A DNA stretch of 64,000 nucleotides from an uncultured Planctomycetota bacterium (GCA_963849325.1 CAWKHF010000002.1:384001-448000), one strand, 5' to 3'; counted from the first letter of the stretch, positions 10,104 through 22,599 are shown. Numbers and translations are program-made. The notes: generated from the letters alone by a model not told the origin.

Positions 10104-10654
10104 ATGGGTAAGCCCGGCAGTCCACAGATGGTACAACGGCTCGTCGAGGAACACTACGCCACCCTGTACCGCTATGCCTACCGCCTATCCGGTTCGTCCG
10201 CCGATGCCGAGGATCTGACGCAGGAAGCGTTCTGCAAGGCCCAGCTCAACTTCGGCCAGCTCCGCGATCTCGCCCGCGCCCGGCCGTGGTTGTTCAGCAT
10301 CTTGCGCAACGCCTACCTGCATCGCCTCCGGGCCGAGCGGCAGCAGAACTGTGTCCCGCTCGAAGGGATCGGCGACCTGGCTGAGCCGTTGCCCGACCCG
10401 CTGCCGGACATCGACCCGGAACGCTGCAACAAGCGCTCAACGAACTGCCCGAGGCGTTTCGGACGCCGATTATCCTGTACTATTTCGAGGATTTTGGTTA
10501 TCGAGAGATTGCCGAGCAGATGGATCTGCCGATCGGAACGGTGATGTCTCGTTTGGCGCGGGCCAAGGCCCACCTCCGCGTCCGGCTGCTGGAGCCGGAG
10601 CCGCCGGTGCTGGCCAACGGCCGCGTCCCTCGGAGGGCGACCGATGGATTGTAA
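10104..10654 (+). CDS. ECF sigma-70 factor (frameshift near 10425)
   Basis: Region 2 DAEDLTQEAF...WLFSILRN; region 4 in the next frame, YFEDFGYREIAEQMDLPIGTVMSRLARAK, ending at TAA 10654. Confidence 0.9.
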
Positions 10655-11388
10655 CACCGCCCGACTGTTGCTCGACTTCGCTCGTCCCCGGCCGCGCGAG
10701 CTGGAAGCGGAGGAGGCCGGCGCCCTGGAGGGCCACCTCGACCGCTGCTCCGAGTGCCACGGCCTGGCCGACGGCCAGCGCCGACTCGACGAACGGCTCG
10801 GCCAGGCCATGCGTCAGGTCGAAGTGCCGGCCGGCTTGCACGAACAGCTGCTGGCTCGCCTGGAGTCCGAGCGCGGCGAATGGCACCGCCGCCGCTTCGC
10901 CCACACGGCTCGTATCGCTGTCGCCGCCGCCGCTGTCCTTGTGCTGGGATGGGCCGGCTGGCACTGGATGCTCGAACGCGCCTCGCACGCCCATCGACCC
11001 GGAACAGGTCGCCATCGTCCGTCAACAGTGAAGCTGCCGAAGATCCGCGCGGCAAGGTCGAGGCGGCCCTCAAGCACCTGGGCGTGGAGACGCCCCTGTC
11101 GCCCCTGCTCAATTACAACTGGCTGATCTGCGCCTCCCAGCGTGGCCGAGCTGCCCGGCTACCCCGGCCTGAAGGTGGCGATGCTGGTCTTCTCCGCGCG
11201 AGGGACGGCACGCCCGCGTCTATCTCGTCCCTGCCCAACGCCTCCCGGACGGTGCTCCCCTCGTCGTCGGCGGAGGCACCTACAAGGTGGAGGTCCTTCC
11301 TTCCCCGGATGGACCCTACACGTTCCTCGTCGTCCACGACGGCGACAATCTCGACTGGCTCCGTCCCCCCGAACCACCCGCAACGTAA
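10644..11388 (+). CDS. Zinc-binding (ZAS) transmembrane anti-sigma factor, frameshifted
   Basis: MDC...HLDRCSEC (HxxxCxxC) followed by a TM segment; overlaps the ECF stop codon. Confidence 0.8.
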
Positions 11389-11524
11389 AATCCGAAATCC
11401 GAAATCCGAAATCCGAAAGAAATCCCAAACCCCAATACCCAAACCCAAAACCCTCAGCGTCTCGGTTTCGGGATTTCGGTTTCTTCGGATTTCGGATTTC
11501 TTTCGGATTTCGGATTTCGGATTT

Positions 11525-11529
<5 letters not shown>
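11387..11529. repeat. Inverted heptamer-repeat element (AAATCCG)n ... (CGGATTT)n between convergent genes
   Basis: Tandem aaatccg units at 11387-11415 mirrored by cggattt units at about 11470-11529. Confidence 0.85.
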
Positions 11530-12399
<870 letters not shown>

Positions 12400-12461
12400 G
12401 AGGGTCAACTCTCATGTCCGATTCGTATTCGCGAGCGGCTCGGCGAGTCGCCGCGAAACTG

Positions 12462-12921
12462 CTATTCGCTCTCCCGCTTCCGCAGCAGATATTTTCGGCT
12501 CACATCGACGAGGAAATCGCCGGCCAGCGCCTCGCGGCCCAGGATCATGCGATAGCGCATGCTCGACCGATTGGTGATCGTGATGCGGATGCGCTTGTGG
12601 ACCGGGCCGATGCGCACGGCCGTCTCGACAACCGGCCGCTCCTCGCGCATCCCGCCGGTATTGCGGACGACGACCGTCCGCAACACCGGCGTGTGGATGC
12701 GCGTGAAGCGTCCGGGATGCCGGCGGTCCAGGGCCAAGCAGCAGCGTGGCCATCAGGCCGCCGCCGGCGGTCTCGTTCAGCTCGTAGCGGACCACGTCCA
12801 GCGCGGAGGTGCGCGCGCCGGTATCGACCTTGACGCGGATGCGGCGCAGGTCCCACTCGGTGAACTCCAGGTACTCCTTCCAGCCGATCCGCAGGGGCTG
12901 CGCGGATCGGCGAGGCGGCAT
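12462..12921 (-). CDS. RimK-associated putative protease (RimB/ATP-dependent zinc protease family), frameshift near 12740
   Basis: IGWKEYLEF, KVDTGARTSAL, EERPVVET, ITITNRSSMRYRMILGREAL; directly upstream of rimK. Confidence 0.8.
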
Positions 12922-12999
12922 CGTGCGGACGCGCGGACGGCTCCAGCATGTCGGCAATCTCCCTTGAGTGCCGGCCGCTCGCGGCGTCCCACACGACCG

Positions 13000-14378
13000 T
13001 CCGCGGCCGATCCCTGCGTTCGTCGCTCGCCTCTTCATCCGTCCACCGGGGCGAATAGCGAGAGCGGTCGGCGCTCTCGCCGTTGGGGACGAAAAGCTCC
13101 GTGGAGGATCGCCGCGCCTCCGCAACGATCCGCGCTTGCGCCGCCATTGCTGCCATTGCAGAACGCACAGCACGGCCACCACCACGCCGGTCAGGAAACT
13201 GACCGTGACGTGTCGCCAGTCCGGCAGCACCGTGGCCGACGGAGGCGAGCGGGGTTGCGTCAGCGCCCCGAGGGACGGTGCGCGCCTCCTGATAGGAAGC
13301 GGCGGCCATGCCGCCTAACTCATTGACGACCGGGCCGAGGCCCGGCGCCGTCAGACCGCCGCGCGGGGCCAATGCCCAAAGGATCGCCGCCTGCAAGCGC
13401 CGATTCTCCCCGCCCAGCGACGGATCGTTGAACAGCTTCTCGTAGACGGGCACGGCCTCGCGGAGAATGAGATGATGTCGCCGCAACTCGCGGTTGCCCA
13501 GCTTGAGTTGTTCGGCCAGATAGCCCAGCACCGAGAAGGCCCAATCGACCTGGCCGCGAGCATTGAGCAGTTCGCCGTACAGCCAGTAAAGCCGGTTATC
13601 CAGCGGACGCCACAGCAGGAGCTGCAGAACCACCTTCTCGGCATCGGCCGGCAAGCGATTTGCTTGCTCGAAGGCGATGCCGCCGGCCTCGTACTCGCCC
13701 TCGCGGCCGATGAACTGCACTTTCGGAAAGAGGTCGTAGAAGCGCGGAAACTCGACCGCCGGTCGTACCTGGTTGCGGATCACTTCGCGCTGACGCATCT
13801 GCATCACCGTCAAAGCGTACTCCTCGGCGTGATGATACCAGCCATTTTCCCAGCGATTCCATCCGGCCCACAAGGCCGGCCAGGCCCGCAACGCCTCCCG
13901 TTGTGTATCAATGGCCCGCTGCAGCAAGTCATCCTGTTCCTGGTAGGCACTGGCCAGGTTGAGCAACAAGAGAAAACGTATCGGATCGTCCGTCGGGACG
14001 ACGCTTCGAGATTCTTCGAGTGTCCCTTGGGCCTGGGTGTACCGCCCCAGCCGGATCAAGCACGCGCCGAGATTGACGCGGTCGAGGGGGCTGAGGGTGC
14101 CGGTTCGCTGTTTCTCTTCGAGGTCGGCGAGCTGCTTCAAATAGGCGACGCGCAGCGAATCCCGTCCGGCGGGGAACTGCGGATTGACAGAGCGGTCATC
14201 GATGGCGCGAAGCTCGGCCAGGTGGATCATGACCTGCTTGACCGGGTCGAGGTTCTGGATCTGCGCGAAATCGACGGGGAACTTGCGCGGCGCGTCGAGG
14301 TTGTAGACGCCGGCGCAATGGCGCGATGTCCGTCGAAACGCCCGCCAGGACCGCCAGGCTCAGCAACACGCGACGCAT
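13000..14378 (-). CDS. Secreted/membrane TPR-like protein, frameshifted (3' end approximate)
   Basis: Signal-like MRRVLLSLAVLAG; helical repeats NLGACLIRLGRY and LYWLYGELLNARG; C-terminal TM (VTVSFLTGVVVAVLCVLQW) in another frame. Confidence 0.55.
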
Positions 14379-14390
14379 GGTCTACCCTCG

Positions 14391-14708
14391 TCACTCGTCC
14401 TTCACGGATGGACCCCAGCGCTGTTGTTCCTCCGCCGTGATCCGCCGTCCGCCCGACAGGTTGGTCCAGAGCACCAGTGGGGTGTAGATCAATCCCCAGG
14501 GGATGCACCACCAGCCGAGCAAGAGAGACAGGATCGCATACGGAAGACCCTTCCGCCATCCGCGTTGTCCGGGCGCAGATCGCACCAGAGGGCTGGGACG
14601 ACGCAAACTGAAGAATACCAGGGAGATACAATATTCGTAGAAGACCAGACGCTCGCCGCCGGCGGCCGAATCCACAGGGGGCCGGTCGTCCTGTCCCGCA
14701 AGCCGCAT
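14391..14708 (-). CDS. Conserved hypothetical membrane protein
   Basis: YEYCISLVFFSLRRPS and KGLPYAILSLLLGWWCIPWGLIYTP motifs. Confidence 0.7.
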   Translation of the reverse strand: MRLAGQDDRPPVDSAAGGERLVFYEYCISLVFFSLRRPSPLVRSAPGQRGWRKGLPYAILSLLLGWWCIPWGLIYTPLVLWTNLSGGRRITAEEQQRWGPSVKDE

Positions 14709-14845
14709 GGTCGTGTCGTCCTGGTTGGCACTCGATGGGTCAACGTTGTCCTGCTCGTTGCCGAGTTTATTATAGCAAAGGGGGTGCGAAGTGTCGGCCC
14801 CTGGGAAGTAACGACCAGCCCGGAGCATTCGCGACCGGGCTTCCG

Positions 14846-16616
14846 TCACGGTCCCAGGAGTTTCTTGCCTTCCATGAAAAATTCGAGCTTCTTGGTCAGA
14901 TCCTTGGCGAGGTTGGCTCGTTTGAGGAACAGCAGGGCGAAACAGGTGTCCGTGATGGGTGAGGAACCGGGATAGCCGGCGGCCGTCCAGGAACCGTCCT
15001 CACGCTGATGATCCAGGAGCAACTCGATGCCCCAGGAATACCAGTCCTTGCCGTCGATGTGCCGGCGCTGAAAGAGCACGCCGACTCGTTCGGTCGCCCA
15101 CAGGAAATACAGGTTGATCTGTGTACGGTTTTTGGCGCGCGGCTTCTTCCAGCCAAGCGGTTTGCCGATGAAGCCAGCGAGGGCTTTGAAACCCTTCTCG
15201 ACGGCGGGATCTTCGATGCGTCCGCCGTCGCGGGGACGCGAGGCGTGATCGGCGGCCAGGCCCAGACCGACGGCCAGGCCGAGCAGACCAACGCCGGTCA
15301 TGGAGGACGTGACGGCCCCATTCGGCGTGGGGAGGGCATAGCGATAGCCCCAGCCTCCGCTGGCCGCCGCGCTCTTGCGGAAGCGCTGCGCCAGCAGGGC
15401 GAGCGGCCGTTGCAGTGGCAGATCGTGCCGGCTGGCGGCCCACAGCCCGAGGATGGCGAAGTGCGTGTTGGAATTGTCCGCCGCGTCGCTTCGGGGCAGG
15501 TTGTGCGCCTTCGCCGGCGGTTGCAGCGCCGGCAGTTTGCGCAGGTTCGCCGGGAGTCGATCCAGGGCTTTCTGGTACGTCTTCGGATCGATCGGCTTCT
15601 TCGTTATCGGTGTGCTGTCCCGCGGGCTAGTGCTGTCATCGGGGAGCAGCTTGGAATCGATGGATCCGTCCGAGGTGGTTTTGCCGAGGGAACTTTGCGG
15701 ACCCTGGGCGATCAAGCCGGGAGGTGAGGTGCCGTCCGATCCCTGCACAAACAGGTCCAGCGCCGAAGTCGGCCGAGTCTGTTGAAGGAAGGTCAGCAGC
15801 TTTTTCTCCTCTTCCGCCGTCAGGATCGGACAGACATAAACCCAACCGCCGCCCGGAGATTGACCGGCCACCAACCGCAGTGCGCAAGTCTGAATCAGCT
15901 TCTTGTCGCGGGGATCTCCCAGACGATCCAGAAACAGGATCGCCAGGGACAGGTCGTAGGTTTTATCGAGGCGCGGGATGACCTGGCGGACGTGGCGAAC
16001 CGCTTTCTGAACGCGGCTGTCGTCAGCGGGGACGCCGCATTCGAGGAGAGTCAGTCCCGGCAACGCGCACAAACCCAGGCGCAGCCCCCAGCTGCCGGCA
16101 TGATTCTGGTTTTTTTCCAGGTAAGCTATGCCCTTCTCGATGGCTTTGTTGACCTTCTCCTGCTCCTCCGGAGGCAGCCAGGCGGCTGGCTCCGCCTCCG
16201 GCCGCGATGAGGGCGGGTCGGGCCGCGTCGCCGAGGGATCCGACGGCGGAGGCTCGACAGGGTAAGTCTCTTCCTCGGAGGAGGTCGCGGTCGCAGCCTG
16301 CTCCGACGGGACCGACGGGTCTTTGCGGCTGACGAAATAAACCACCAGACCGGCGGTCGCGGTCATAACGAGCAACAGACCGCCGAGGACGAGGCCGATC
16401 CACCATCTTCGCCGATTTCCGGCCGGCGGCGGTGCCGGTCTCACGTTCGGCGCGGTCTGGACGTGCGCGGCGTGTTTGGCGTCGTTGCCAGCCTCCGCGG
16501 GGACGGCGAAAGAATGACCGCAGCGCGAACAGAGGACGCGATGTCCCACCGTCAGCGGTTTCGACGTTTCTGAGGCGCCGGGCACAGTGCGGGCAGATGA
16601 CCTTGGCAGCGAGCAT
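14846..16616 (-). CDS. Prenyltransferase/squalene-oxidase-repeat membrane protein with N-terminal zinc ribbon (frameshift near 16570)
   Basis: CPHC and CSRC pairs, TM helix, AIEKGIAYLEKNQ, GQSPGGGWVY, DNSNTHFAILGLWAA, HQREDGSW, DTCFALLFLKRANL. Confidence 0.8.
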
Positions 16617-16752
16617 GATGGCTCTTTCGACTGGCGAAAACTCGACTCCGGCAAGGGAGTGTCTTCAGCCCTTACTTTAGCCGCCAAGCGCAAGGAGGAG
16701 CAAGGAAAAACGCGGATCGTGTATCGAGAAGGACCTGATCTCCATTCACGAG

Positions 16753-17496
16753 TCACGAGGTCTGCACAGTCTGAAATAGGTCCGCCATCTTCAAACCCAG
16801 GCCGAGCGAGATGCGATACAGCGTCTCGATGGACGCCGAGTTTTTGCCCAACTCGATTTGCGACAGATATCCCAAAGACACGCCGGTGCGCTGGGCCATC
16901 TGGGCGAGGGTCAGACCGAGACCCTTGCGGCGTTCGCGGATGATGGAGCCGAGCGATTCGCGCAGGGCCTCCTCCGACATTCGCAGCAGGCCACGGCTTT
17001 CCAAACAGCGATTGACGACGCGCTGGAGGTGAGAGACCTGGAACGGCTTGGTCAGGTAATCGTAGGTGCGCGCCCGCAGACAGCTCAGGGCGCTGTCGAT
17101 GGACGGATACGCCGTCACCACGATGACGCTGGCGTCCGCCTGCGTTTCCCTGACCCAGTCGAGGACCTGGTCCGATTCCAGGCCGGGCAGCACATAGTCG
17201 AGAATGACCACGTGGTACATTTGGCCGTGCAGCACCTCGCGCATGCGCGCTGGATCGAAGACCGTATCCACCTTGAACGCACTGGAGCTTAGCGCCGCCT
17301 GAATCATGCGACAGATGGAGGGATCGTCGTCCAGGACCAGGATGCGGACTTCACTGGCGCAATATAGGCCGTTGCTCTCGCGGCAGATGGACGGACCCGG
17401 CGTGCCGGCATCGCCGGCATCGCCGGCAGCGTCGCCGACCGAGGAAGAGGGAGCAAGGGGACCGAGCCGTGTACGGATCACGGAGAGTTCCTCCAT
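16753..17496 (-). CDS. Response regulator: REC domain plus C-terminal XRE-type HTH
   Basis: ILVLDDD, VILDYVLPG, VVTAY, YLTKPF; then RERRKGLGLTLAQMAQRTGVSLGYLSQIELGK. Confidence 0.9.
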   Translation of the reverse strand: MEELSVIRTRLGPLAPSSSVGDAAGDAGDAGTPGPSICRESNGLYCASEVRILVLDDDPSICRMIQAALSSSAFKVDTVFDPARMREVLHGQMYHVVILDYVLPGLESDQVLDWVRETQADASVIVVTAYPSIDSALSCLRARTYDYLTKPFQVSHLQRVVNRCLESRGLLRMSEEALRESLGSIIRERRKGLGLTLAQMAQRTGVSLGYLSQIELGKNSASIETLYRISLGLGLKMADLFQTVQTS

Positions 17497-17508
17497 CTAG
17501 GATGCTAT

Positions 17509-17573
17509 CCGAGCCGCGACCGTCAGGGAGCGGTATTGGCCGTTACCCCCGCTCCCTGACGGTCGCGGCTCGG
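17509..17573. repeat. REP-like palindrome family A, copy 3 (contains the histidine kinase stop codon)
   Basis: ccgagccgcgaccgtcagggagcgg...ccgctccctgacggtcgcggctcgg. Confidence 0.9.
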
Positions 17574-18854
17574 TTGGGTCCACTAGCGGCGGCGGCCGAC
17601 GCCCGAGACGGCGCGACGGCGGCCGGAGCGGCGGCCACCGGGACGACGAGACGGACGAGGGTGCCGCCCTCGGTCCGCGGCAGCAAGTCCAACCCGCCGC
17701 GATGGGCGGCGAGGATGCCGTAAGCGACCGCCAGACCGAAGCCGCGCTTCCGCGGTTTCGTCGAAAAGAACGGCTCCCGGAACAACTGCCGCCAGGCGTC
17801 GGGGGTCAGTCCGGCCCCGCTGTCCGCCACCGTGATTTCCACGTGAGCCCCCGGCCGGACGTCGCCGAATAGATCGCGTGCCTCAGACGCACTCAGTTGC
17901 ATCGGACGGGCCGCGACCATGATGGCACCGGTCCCAGCGATGGCTTCGCGCGCATTGTCCAGCACGATGGCGAGCACCTGGCGAAGATGTTCGCCGTCCA
18001 CGGCGAGGACCGGCAGGTCCGTCGGCAGATCGATGCGGAGGCGGACGTCGGTCCCCAGCGCCGGCCGCAGCCGTTTTTCTTCCTCGGCCAGCGCGGCGGA
18101 CAGGTTCCCGGAGCGATTGCCGCTCGTCTGTCGCCGCGCGAACAGGCGGAGCTGGTTGGTGTACTGGGCGCCGTTCTGGGCGCCGCGATAGACCTCGGTG
18201 AGGTAAGCGTGCAAGGGCGTTCCGGCGGGGAGGTGCTGGGCCAGCGCCAACTCACTGAATCCGAGGATGCCCGTGAGGACGTTGCCGAAATCGTGCGCCA
18301 GACGGCGTACCAGATGGGCCGCCGACTCCAATCGCTGCTGGCGGACAGCACGGTCCAGCTGCTCCGCCCAGCGCGGCGGCGCATCCGCGCTGGTCAGCGG
18401 AGGGGCCAGGACTTGTCCGGCCAGCAGCAGGGCCGAGGCTTCCCTCTCCGTCCAGTCCGTGCGACCGGCATCCTGCAACCACAGCAGCCAGGCGCCTCGT
18501 TCCGGCGTGCCCAGCAAGGTACACAACCAGCTCCCGCCGTTGGCGATAGGTACGCGTCAGCGCGGTGGCAGCGCGGCGAAGTCGCTCCACGAGGTCGGGG
18601 TGCTCGCGCCAGGGCAGAGAAACCTCGGCGAGCGATGACTCGGCGACAGCGGGATACACGCTCAGCGGCATCCCATCAGGGTAGCTCGCCAAGCCCGCTC
18701 CGGAGGCAGCGAAGGAGGCGGCCAGATCGCCCAGCAAGCCGTCCAGGTCCGGCTGTCGGGCGTGCGGAGTCGCCAGCAGGCGATGAACGAACTCCAGAGC
18801 GGATCGACTCGAATCGACCGGCGCGGCCTCCGGCGCTGCGACTGTGCCAAGCAT
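17543..18854 (-). CDS. Cytoplasmic sensor histidine kinase (frameshift near 18550)
   Basis: H-box AHDFGNVLTGI, N-box LDNAREA, G1 DSGAG, F-box FFSTK, G2 GFGLA; GAF-like N-terminus in ORF 18252..18854. Confidence 0.85.
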
Positions 18855-18982
18855 GGGGGAACTCCGTGAGGATCCCTGACCCGATTGAGGGCTGCCAGGA
18901 ATTTCAACCCGACGGGAAACTTTAGAACAGGAATGGACGTCCCGTCAAATCGCCGGAGCAAGATTTTTCGCGCGGAGGGGAA

Positions 18983-19026
18983 GCTGCTTGCGGCTTAGCA
19001 CGAACGTATGCGAAGCCGCAAGCGGC
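18983..19026. repeat. Palindrome/terminator-like repeat (half copy at 1220-1238)
   Basis: gctgcttgcggcttagca...tgcgaagccgcaagcggc; gcgaagccgcaagcggccc also follows lpxA. Confidence 0.7.
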
Positions 19027-19029
19027 CCT

Positions 19030-20208
19030 CTATTCGGACGAGCCCTGAAGTTTCTTGAGCGCGACCTGGGCGGCCTCGCGGACGGCCTTTTGCGGATCGC
19101 GCGTGGCTTCGGTGAGGCGATTGGTGACGGTCTTGGCTTGCTCGCCCAGGGCGTCCGCCGCGCCGAGATTGCCCAGCGCCTCGATGGCGGCGACGCGGAC
19201 CTCCAGGACGTTGTCGTCCATGCACGCCAGGACGCCGAGGAGGGCGGCCTTATGCTCGTCCCCCAACTCCTTGCCCATACGGCTGATGGCGTGCAGGGAC
19301 AGCGAGCGGACGAACTGGTCGTCGTCTTTGAGGGCGGCCCGCAAGGCGGGCAAGGCGGGGCGAGCATCTGCTTCCATCTGATCGAGGGCTTCGGCGCAGG
19401 CCCGACGCAGGGGGACGTCGGCGTCGCGTGCCGTCAAGACGACGCCGAGGGTCGGCGCGACATTGGCGGCATCTTTGCCCATCTCGCCCAGCGCCTGCGC
19501 ACATGCCTTACGCAACTCCGCGTCATTCTTGACGTTGGCAAGGACTTCCTTGAGCGCCGGCACGGCCGGCAGAGCGTCGGGGGGACCGATGCGTCCGAGG
19601 GCGAGGGCGCAGTAGACTCGCGTCAGGCGTTCGAGCTTGGCGTCCTTGAGGGCGGTCTGCAATTCGGCCAGCGCCTCGTCGGCGTCCTTGCCGAGCTTGC
19701 GCAGCGCGTTGGCGGCGGCGGTGCGCGTGCCGGCGTGAGGGTCTTTCAGGGCGACGGCCAGAACGCCCGCTGAGCCGTGGGCCTTGCCCTTCATGTCGCC
19801 CAGCGCTCGGGCGGATGCTTCGCGGACGTGCTCCGCCTTGTCCGTGCGCAGCGCCGCGGCCAGGGCGTCGCGCACCTTATCGAGAGGGATGTCGTCGTCC
19901 TCGCGGGCCTTGGCGGCGATGTTGCCCAGAGCGGAGGCGGCGCCAGCACGGATCTTCGCTTCCGTGTTTTCGCGCAGGGCGGCGAGCAGCGCTGGGGTAA
20001 TCTTGCGGCTCTTGCGCGGGCCGATCAGCTGCACAGCCAACAATCCCGCCCGGCGCTCCTCGTAGTTCTTTCCATTTTGCAGCAGGTCCACCCACTCGGA
20101 CAACTTCTTGCCTCGGAAGGGAGGATCGTCCTCTTCGGCGCGGATGGTCGAAAGCCCGGCAAGCAGAGCGAGGAGCGGTACAGCCATCAGCGAACGGCAA
20201 AGCGACAT
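19030..20208 (-). CDS. Secreted HEAT-repeat protein
   Basis: Signal peptide; repeated VRxxAAxALGxxG units. Confidence 0.88.
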   Translation of the reverse strand: MSLCRSLMAVPLLALLAGLSTIRAEEDDPPFRGKKLSEWVDLLQNGKNYEERRAGLLAVQLIGPRKSRKITPALLAALRENTEAKIRAGAASALGNIAAKAREDDDIPLDKVRDALAAALRTDKAEHVREASARALGDMKGKAHGSAGVLAVALKDPHAGTRTAAANALRKLGKDADEALAELQTALKDAKLERLTRVYCALALGRIGPPDALPAVPALKEVLANVKNDAELRKACAQALGEMGKDAANVAPTLGVVLTARDADVPLRRACAEALDQMEADARPALPALRAALKDDDQFVRSLSLHAISRMGKELGDEHKAALLGVLACMDDNVLEVRVAAIEALGNLGAADALGEQAKTVTNRLTEATRDPQKAVREAAQVALKKLQGSSE

Positions 20209-20436
20209 GGCGAGGACCTCCCGTGAGTCGGAGGGATAGAAGTCCGTGTGGAAAAGCCGGCCACTCCCTGAACATATCCGTCCGCGGCGCCCTTCGCAAG
20301 CTGTCGGCCGGGCCGGAGGGGATTACCCTTGACGGTCTAGCAGAGGGCCGCTAGAAAGACGAACAGTCCCTTATTCCGTAACGTCTTGTGGCAGCCTGCG
20401 GTCAACCGGCCTCAGGCATTTTTTATGAATGTTGTT

Positions 20437-20493
20437 ATCCGAGCCTGAAGCGTCAGCGAAGGGGTGCCCTTCGCTGACGCTTCAGGCTCGGAT
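20437..20493. repeat. REP-like palindrome family B, copy 1
   Basis: atccgagcctgaagcgtcagcgaaggg / cccttcgctgacgcttcaggctcggat; also at 26495, 30556 and 41516. Confidence 0.9.
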
Positions 20494-20514
20494 GAGGTTG
20501 ATAGGTGGAGTTTC

Positions 20515-21801
20515 ATGCCCTGTACCTGTGTCGTCGGTTTGCAATGGGGCGACGAGGCCAAGGGGAAGATCGTCGATCTGCTTACCGAAGGCCACGCCTT
20601 CGTGGTCCGTTACAACGGCGGGGCCAACGCCGGACACACCGTCGTCAGCGGCGGTCAGACGTTCAAACTGTCGCTGCTGCCGACCGGCGTGCTTCGTCCC
20701 AACGTCCGGGCCGTGATCGGCAACGGCGTCGTCGTCTACCCGCCGCGCTTCCTGGAGGAAGTTGACAACCTGCGCCAGGCCGGCATCGCCATCGGTGACA
20801 ATCTTGTTGTCAGCGATCACGCGCACGTCATTTTCCCCTATCACATGGAGGAAGAGCGCCTCAACGAGTGCGGCGCCGGCGAGGCCATCGGCACCACCGG
20901 CCGCGGCATCGGTCCCTGTTACCAGGATAAGGTCGGCCGGCAATTCGCCGTCCGCCTCGGCGAATTGCTGCACCCCGAACACCTGCGCAAGCGCCTTGTT
21001 CCCATTGTCGAGAGGAAAAATCGTCTTTTTCGTGCCCTCGACGCCGGCGCCCGCCAATTCGACGCCGACACGATCTGCCGTGACTATCTCCAGTGCATGG
21101 AGCGAATCCGCCCGCACGTCGCCGATACGACGCGACTCTTGCACGAGGCGCTGAGGAAGAAGCAGTACATCCTCTTCGAGGCGGCCCAGGGCAGTCTGCT
21201 CGACGTCGATCATGGCACCTATCCTTACGTGACCAGCTCCAACAGCTCGACGGCGGGCGTCTGGAGCGGCTCGGGCGTGCCGGCCCGCACGATCGAGCGC
21301 GTCGTCGGCGTCATCAAGGCGTATTCCACGCGCGTCGGTCGCGGTCCCTTCCCCACCGAGTTGGACGACGGACCCGACGGCATCGGCGAACGCATCCGCC
21401 GGATCGGCCGGGAGTACGGCACCGTCACCGGCCGGCCGCGCCGTTGTGGCTGGTTCGATGCCGTCGCCGCGCGCTACACCGCCGTCCTCAACGGCGCCGA
21501 CGAGTTGGCCGTCATGCTCCTCGACGTCCTCAGCGGGTTGGACGAACTGCGCATCGCCGTCGCCTACGAGGAAGACGGCTACCGCCTCGACCACTTCCCG
21601 ACGGACGCCTTCCGGCTGGAGCGCTGCCGGCCGGTCTACGAAACGCTGCCGGGTTGGCGGAAGGACCTATCCGGTGCCCGCGACCTCGCCGACCTGCCCG
21701 CCGCCGCACGCCGCTACGTCGATCGCCTCGGCGAATTGCTCGGCGTGCCGGTGAAAACCATCTCGGTGGGACCGGATCGAGAACAGACGATCTTTACGTA
21801 A
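20515..21801 (+). CDS. purA: Adenylosuccinate synthetase
   Basis: GLQWGDEAKGK, RYNGGANAGHT, GTTGRGIGPCY, GTYPYVTSS, EYGTVTGRPRRCGWFD. Confidence 0.97.
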   Translation: MPCTCVVGLQWGDEAKGKIVDLLTEGHAFVVRYNGGANAGHTVVSGGQTFKLSLLPTGVLRPNVRAVIGNGVVVYPPRFLEEVDNLRQAGIAIGDNLVVSDHAHVIFPYHMEEERLNECGAGEAIGTTGRGIGPCYQDKVGRQFAVRLGELLHPEHLRKRLVPIVERKNRLFRALDAGARQFDADTICRDYLQCMERIRPHVADTTRLLHEALRKKQYILFEAAQGSLLDVDHGTYPYVTSSNSSTAGVWSGSGVPARTIERVVGVIKAYSTRVGRGPFPTELDDGPDGIGERIRRIGREYGTVTGRPRRCGWFDAVAARYTAVLNGADELAVMLLDVLSGLDELRIAVAYEEDGYRLDHFPTDAFRLERCRPVYETLPGWRKDLSGARDLADLPAAARRYVDRLGELLGVPVKTISVGPDREQTIFT

Positions 21802-21810
21802 TTCAGAGGT

Positions 21811-22599
21811 ATGATCTTGCCCGCCCCTCCCCTGAAGACGAAGACCCCGGACACGCTGCGGCGTCTGTCGGAGGCTGGATTGAAGCCGGAACGCTTGCCC
21901 GACCACGTCGCCATCATCATGGACGGCAACGGCCGCTGGGCGCGGCAGCGCGGTTTGCCGCGCATCGAGGGCCACGCCCGCGGTGCCCACAGCGTCCGCG
22001 CCACCGTCGAGGAGTGCTGTCGCCTGGGTGTCGGGCAGCTGACCCTTTACTGTCTGAGCAGCGAGAATTGGAAGCGTCCGCGGACCGAACTCGATTTCCT
22101 TATGACGCTGCTCGAACACTACCTCATTGAGGAGCGCCGCGAGATCCTGGACCAGAACATCCGATTCCACATCATCGGCCGGCGCAGCGGTCTGCCGGAC
22201 AACGTGCTGCGCGAGATCGACGAGAACATCCGGCTCAGTCAGGACAACACCGGCATGGCCCTGTGCCTGGCCATCAACTACGGCGGCCGCACCGAGTTGA
22301 TCGACGCCGTGCGCAACGTGGCCCGTCAGGTGAATGAGGGCACCTTGTCGGTGGACGCGATTGATGAGGCGGTCCTGAGCAACGCCCTGTACACGGCGGG
22401 CATGCCCGACCCGGACTTGCTGATCCGCACGGCCGGCGAGATGCGCGTCAGCAACTTCCTGTTGTGGCAGATCTCCTATGCCGAACTGTGGGTGACGGAC
22501 CTGTGTTGGCCGGACTTCGATCGGACGGTGCTGCACCAGGCGCTGCGCGACTACGCCGCCCGCGAACGGCGCTTCGGCGGCATCCTCACGGACGAATAG
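21811..22599 (+). CDS. uppS: Undecaprenyl diphosphate synthase (isoprenyl transferase)
   Basis: HVAIIMDGNGRWA, SSENWKRP, NYGGR, DPDLLIRTAGEMRVSNFLLWQISYAE. Confidence 0.96.
   Translation: MILPAPPLKTKTPDTLRRLSEAGLKPERLPDHVAIIMDGNGRWARQRGLPRIEGHARGAHSVRATVEECCRLGVGQLTLYCLSSENWKRPRTELDFLMTLLEHYLIEERREILDQNIRFHIIGRRSGLPDNVLREIDENIRLSQDNTGMALCLAINYGGRTELIDAVRNVARQVNEGTLSVDAIDEAVLSNALYTAGMPDPDLLIRTAGEMRVSNFLLWQISYAELWVTDLCWPDFDRTVLHQALRDYAARERRFGGILTDE

Noticed and set aside
12412-14230. Long ORFs joining the TPR-like protein to the RimB-like protease
   Set aside because: They pass through non-homologous frames and are best explained by indels. The protease has its own start at 12921.
14846-16616. 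Second squalene-hopene cyclase
   Set aside because: It has QW-like repeats but no DxDD motif, and it has a zinc ribbon and TM anchor. It fits the generic prenyltransferase-repeat family.
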